A stretch of 64,000 nt of DNA, taken from contig OZ242274.1 in assembly GCA_965207375.1 (NCBI GenBank), positions 1,120,001 through 1,184,000 of the forward strand. The letters run 5' to 3'. This document shows, one piece after another, positions 60,356 through 64,000 of the stretch. The position numbers were made by a program, and so were the translations under genes. Source of the DNA: Nitrosopumilaceae archaeon. Its GTDB lineage: Archaea > Thermoproteota > Nitrososphaeria > Nitrososphaerales > Nitrosopumilaceae. The notes beneath the pieces were generated by a model. That model saw nothing but the letters and a program-made list of their open reading frames with translations, searched no databases and was not told the origin of the DNA. The first letter of the stretch is position 1, and each line of letters begins with the position of its first letter.

Positions 60356-61198
60356 ATGGGATGGTGGTACAGATCCCCTCCGTTAAAAGGTGTAAAGGGC
60401 GGAATAAAGGCTCAGATAAATAATAAATCAAGCCAGAATTGGTGGGCAAAGCGATGGAATCAAACACTTGAAGCTTATGATATAGGTGAGAGACTAAGCC
60501 GCGGTAAAACATATGCACGTAAGGGACAAGTGGCATCAATCAAAATACAAAAAGGCTCAGTTACTGCCACAGTTCAGGGCAGCTGGAGATACAAGGTGCA
60601 AATAAAGGTAAATACTTTGAATCTGACACAACAACAGACAGTTGCAAGGGGAATCTTTTCTAGGCCCGTTATTACTGCTAGTCTGCTTGCAGGTCAGATG
60701 CCTGAGGACATTGAGGATGTATTTGATGAGATGCAGATGAGATTATTTCCTGATGTAACAGACATTGAGACTAGCTGTACATGTCCTGATTGGTCAAATC
60801 CGTGCAAGCATATTGCTGCAGTATACCTTATACTTGGCGAGGAGTTTGATCGTGATCCTTTTATGATATTTTTACTGCGCGGTATGACACGAAACGAGCT
60901 CTTAAAGATTGCAGGTATTGGAGAAACAAAACCCACTTTTAGCAAGACTGTGGCTCCAAAAAAACGACGAGAAAAAAAGTTGCCTTTAGCAGATCCTGCC
61001 AGCTTTTGGGGAAGCCTAGATGTGCAAAAAACCGACAAGGAAGGTGCCATAATTCCTGTAGTGCCTGCAACGCTAGTAAAGCAGCTTGGCAAGTTTCCGT
61101 TTTGGAGGGGGGAGGACGCCTTTATTCCAAGCATGGAAAAGATGTATCATGATGCCTCACAGCGTGCAATGAAGACCTTTCTTGGCGAATCAGAATAG
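60356..61198 (+). CDS. SWIM zinc-finger protein (SNF2 partner)
   Basis: RLSRGKTYAR, VQGS, CTCPDWSNPCKH, DPFMIFLLRG; 2 nt downstream of the SNF2 gene. Confidence 0.92.
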   Translation: MGWWYRSPPLKGVKGGIKAQINNKSSQNWWAKRWNQTLEAYDIGERLSRGKTYARKGQVASIKIQKGSVTATVQGSWRYKVQIKVNTLNLTQQQTVARGIFSRPVITASLLAGQMPEDIEDVFDEMQMRLFPDVTDIETSCTCPDWSNPCKHIAAVYLILGEEFDRDPFMIFLLRGMTRNELLKIAGIGETKPTFSKTVAPKKRREKKLPLADPASFWGSLDVQKTDKEGAIIPVVPATLVKQLGKFPFWRGEDAFIPSMEKMYHDASQRAMKTFLGESE

Positions 61199-61229
61199 AT
61201 TTTTTACAGTATGTGTTTAGTAGTAAATC

Positions 61230-61328
61230 CAGCTAAGCGAAATGTGGGCAAAATAGGCAAAAATCTGCCTAGAAATGCAAGCAGAGCGACAGAGGGGGCA
61301 AGAATTTGGGTCACATTTTTCTTATCTG
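61230..61328. mobile_element. ~100-bp MITE-like element, copy 2 (inverted relative to copy 1)
   Basis: CAGCTAAGCGAAATGTGGG ... GGGTCACATTTTTCTTATCTG; aligns with the reverse complement of 5413-5512. Confidence 0.75.
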
Positions 61329-61443
61329 AAATCAGAATCTGAATTGTTGCAATGTGCTTGATCTTTAATCCTTAGCAGTATAATGCATATTGGTTTTGGG
61401 CCATTATCTTTTGATTTGTGCTTTTTGGAGTATTACCAAAAGA

Positions 61444-61661
61444 ACAAACAAAAAAATGAATACTAATAAAAAATAAAATAAAATACAAACAAAAAAACGA
61501 ATACTAATAAAAAATAAAATAAAATACAAACAAAAAAACGAATACTAATAAAAAATAAAATAAAATACAAACAAAAAAACGAATACTAATAAAAAATAAA
61601 ATAAAATACAAACAAAAAAACGAATACTAATAAAAAATAAAATAAAATACAAACAAAAAAA
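61444..61661 (+). repeat. 41-bp A-rich tandem repeat, about 5.3 copies
   Basis: GAATACTAATAAAAAATAAAATAAAATACAAACAAAAAAAC units start at 61458, 61499, 61540, 61581 and 61622. Confidence 0.95.
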
Positions 61662-61838
61662 TTTTTTCAAAAACATAAATAAATCCCCCAAAAAAAGGTG
61701 AAACAATATGATTACATCTAGATACAATCTGACTTTAATTCATAATGCCATTTACTTGATTAATGTTGACAGAATTTATTATTATGATAATTTTTCAAAT
61801 AAAAATTACGTTGAAAATTATTTTGGAGCGAATTTATT

Positions 61839-64000
61839 TTGAATAAGATAATTCTTGTTTTACCAATTATCGCAGCACTGATTTTAGTTGCCTCTGATCA
61901 GGCCTTTGGAGACCACTACCCCGAGATACTATCCACTACTGCAACTAATGGCACCAGTCTTGATTCAATTCCGTTTACTGTTGTATTTAATGATCCTACA
62001 CATGTATTACTACATGGACATATTGGTGTATCGTTTAATGGAGATAGACAGGACCCTCCTACTTCTGCATCTACCCCCACCGCAGAGCCGGTTTATATCG
62101 GCGCCTTTAACGAACGTAACATTGGAATACTTGGTTCAGGTGATGGCCAGTTCTATCATCCGCGTGCAATAGCAGTAAACTCTACAGGTCACATCTATGT
62201 GGCAGATTCAAACAACAACCGCGTTCAGATATTTGACGAGAATGGCAATTACATCTCACAGTTTGGTATTGGTGCACCACATGCAATAGCAAAAAACAAC
62301 ACCCACATGTTCATAACAGATACTGCAAATCACCGAATCAAAATATTTGACCACTCTGGTAATTTTGTCTCACAGTTTGGCAGTGGTCCAGGTAATAGTG
62401 ATGGCATGTTTAACAGTCCAAAGGGAATAGCAGTAAACTCTACAGGTTTCATCTTTGTACTAGACGCAAACAATTATCGCATACAAATCTTTGACAAATC
62501 TGGTAACTATGTCGACAAGTTTGGCCAGTTAGGTCAAGATGAACATCAGTTTGTACGACCCGTTGCAATAGCAATAAATGGTACAGGCAACATCTTTGTA
62601 GCAGATTTTGTCAGTGATACGATAAAGATCTTTAGTCAAACAGGTAAACATCTTCACGACTTGAGTACAACAAACCTTAACGGTACAAACATTGACGGTC
62701 CAAGCGCAATTACAATACATGAAAATAACCTATACGTGGCAGACCAAAACAACGCTCGTGTACTAAAGTTTGTCCAAAATTCCCCTAATGCCACATATAC
62801 CGGCACCGTTGTTGATCCAGACAGATTCAGCAATAATCCTAAAATCCATCCTGCTCCATCTGCAATTGCCTTTGATAATTCAGGAACCATTCATGTGGCT
62901 GATGCGCAACGTCATCACGTTTTCGTAGATCGTAAGGTATACTCCTTTAATGTGATAACTCAAGGAACAGGTTACATTCAAGTATGGCTAAATACTAACA
63001 ATCCCGTTGGTCACGATTCAAAATGGATATACCTTACAATTGACAAAACAGGTCCAACCGCCATAACAATTTCAAACCCGATAGATATAACAAATCTCAA
63101 AAATATCCCCTTTATGGTAAAGGCTAATGAACCAATAACTAACCTTGAAATATCTGATATTACATCAAGTCAAGGCACAGTACAGAATCTTCGTTCTCCA
63201 ATAGAATACTATGATACTGGTCTTAGTATTACTTCCGGTTTCACAAAGGGCCAAATCGCAGTAAATGCAACCGGCTATATTTATGCAACAAATCCTAACG
63301 AAGATTATGTTGAAATCTTTGACCCATATGGCAATCATGTCTCAACTTTGGATCATCCACTAGTCGCTGGTCTCAGTACCGGGTTTAGCGGTCCGACAGG
63401 CATTGCAATCAACGGTACAGGTTACATATACGTAACAGATACAGCACACGACTCCGTACACATATTTGATCCACAAAACCAACATGTCTCATATTTTGGC
63501 ACACATGGCAGTTTTAGTAGCGACCCAGGTAAATTTGCGCGCCCTGGTGGAATAGAAATAAACTCTACAGGACATGTATTTGTAGCAGATACGTGGAATA
63601 GCCGCGTCCAAATATTTGGCCCATCAGGAAATTACTTGGCTCATTTTGGTAGTGACGGTAGGGGCGACGGCCAGTTTAAACGTAATCACGACCTTGCAAT
63701 AAACTCTACAGGATACATCTATGTAGCAGATTCAAAAAACTTCCGCGTCCAAATATTTGACCCATCCGGTAATTATGTGGGTCAGTTTAATAGTGCAGGT
63801 GACGATTCGTTTGAGACACTAAGGTCAATAGCAATAGACTCTGATGATAATGTCTATGTCGCCGACATTGGAACACTTGTGGGAGATGAAACTCTAAATA
63901 TAATACCTGATCCTACCTGTGTTCAGGGAATACCTCCAGGCGGTACACTTGCAGATTATATTATTTGTACGGTACGTATTGCACCTGAAAACGCAGGTAT
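61839..64000 (+). CDS. Large secreted NHL-repeat (beta-propeller) / Ig-like surface protein, 3' end outside the window; missing from the ORF track
   Basis: TTG start, signal peptide MNKIILVLPIIAALILVASDQAFG; repeated GQFxxPxGIAVNSTGxIYVADxxNxRVQIFD; TIDKTGP Ig-like linker; no stop seen before the window end. Confidence 0.9.
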   Translation, partial: MNKIILVLPIIAALILVASDQAFGDHYPEILSTTATNGTSLDSIPFTVVFNDPTHVLLHGHIGVSFNGDRQDPPTSASTPTAEPVYIGAFNERNIGILGSGDGQFYHPRAIAVNSTGHIYVADSNNNRVQIFDENGNYISQFGIGAPHAIAKNNTHMFITDTANHRIKIFDHSGNFVSQFGSGPGNSDGMFNSPKGIAVNSTGFIFVLDANNYRIQIFDKSGNYVDKFGQLGQDEHQFVRPVAIAINGTGNIFVADFVSDTIKIFSQTGKHLHDLSTTNLNGTNIDGPSAITIHENNLYVADQNNARVLKFVQNSPNATYTGTVVDPDRFSNNPKIHPAPSAIAFDNSGTIHVADAQRHHVFVDRKVYSFNVITQGTGYIQVWLNTNNPVGHDSKWIYLTIDKTGPTAITISNPIDITNLKNIPFMVKANEPITNLEISDITSSQGTVQNLRSPIEYYDTGLSITSGFTKGQIAVNATGYIYATNPNEDYVEIFDPYGNHVSTLDHPLVAGLSTGFSGPTGIAINGTGYIYVTDTAHDSVHIFDPQNQHVSYFGTHGSFSSDPGKFARPGGIEINSTGHVFVADTWNSRVQIFGPSGNYLAHFGSDGRGDGQFKRNHDLAINSTGYIYVADSKNFRVQIFDPSGNYVGQFNSAGDDSFETLRSIAIDSDDNVYVADIGTLVGDETLNIIPDPTCVQGIPPGGTLADYIICTVRIAPENAG

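Noticed and set aside
61444-61661. 41-bp repeat as a CRISPR array
   Set aside because: Units are head-to-tail with no unique spacers, and there are no cas genes in the window
679-62890. Numerous 60-200-aa antisense or nested ORFs in the track
   Set aside because: They are shadows of well-supported genes on the opposite strand or in another frame

Overview
Archaeal chromosomal window from an ammonia-oxidising thaumarchaeote of the Nitrosopumilaceae type. The core genes are EF-1alpha, S10, Rpo12, PolB, ATP-dependent ligase, EndA, FBP aldolase/phosphatase, PPDK, TPI, the methylmalonyl-CoA mutase/epimerase/MeaB cluster, MetG, AhcY, IlvC and parvulin. Four accessory patches interrupt them: (i) 5.4-9.5 kb, with a 100-bp MITE, a divergent wHTH gene pair, an intact IS66 (ISBst12-type) inserted into an older copy of itself, and a RelBE-like pair whose toxin carries an amber stop; (ii) 17.9-19.2 kb, with an orphan protein built from three diverged repeats next to an IS3 remnant; (iii) 43-53.5 kb, with a DUF1998 helicase, a pile of ISH3/IS6/IS630/IS3 fragments and a probably frameshifted ~1700-aa secreted metalloprotease-adhesin; (iv) 57-64 kb, with an SNF2+SWIM pair, a second MITE copy, a 41-bp A-tract tandem repeat and a large secreted NHL-repeat protein running off the end. 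IS decay plus large Ig/NHL surface proteins suggest a host-associated (e.g. sponge) lineage, which is inference. Best leads: a stand-alone tandem SDR with the architecture of the acyl-CoA-reducing half of Chloroflexus malonyl-CoA reductase (candidate for the unassigned thaumarchaeal malonyl-CoA reductase), a lone LpxA-like acyltransferase in an archaeon, and the tri-repeat orphan. No tRNA, rRNA or CRISPR array was seen. All family calls come from motif recognition by eye; no database searches were run.
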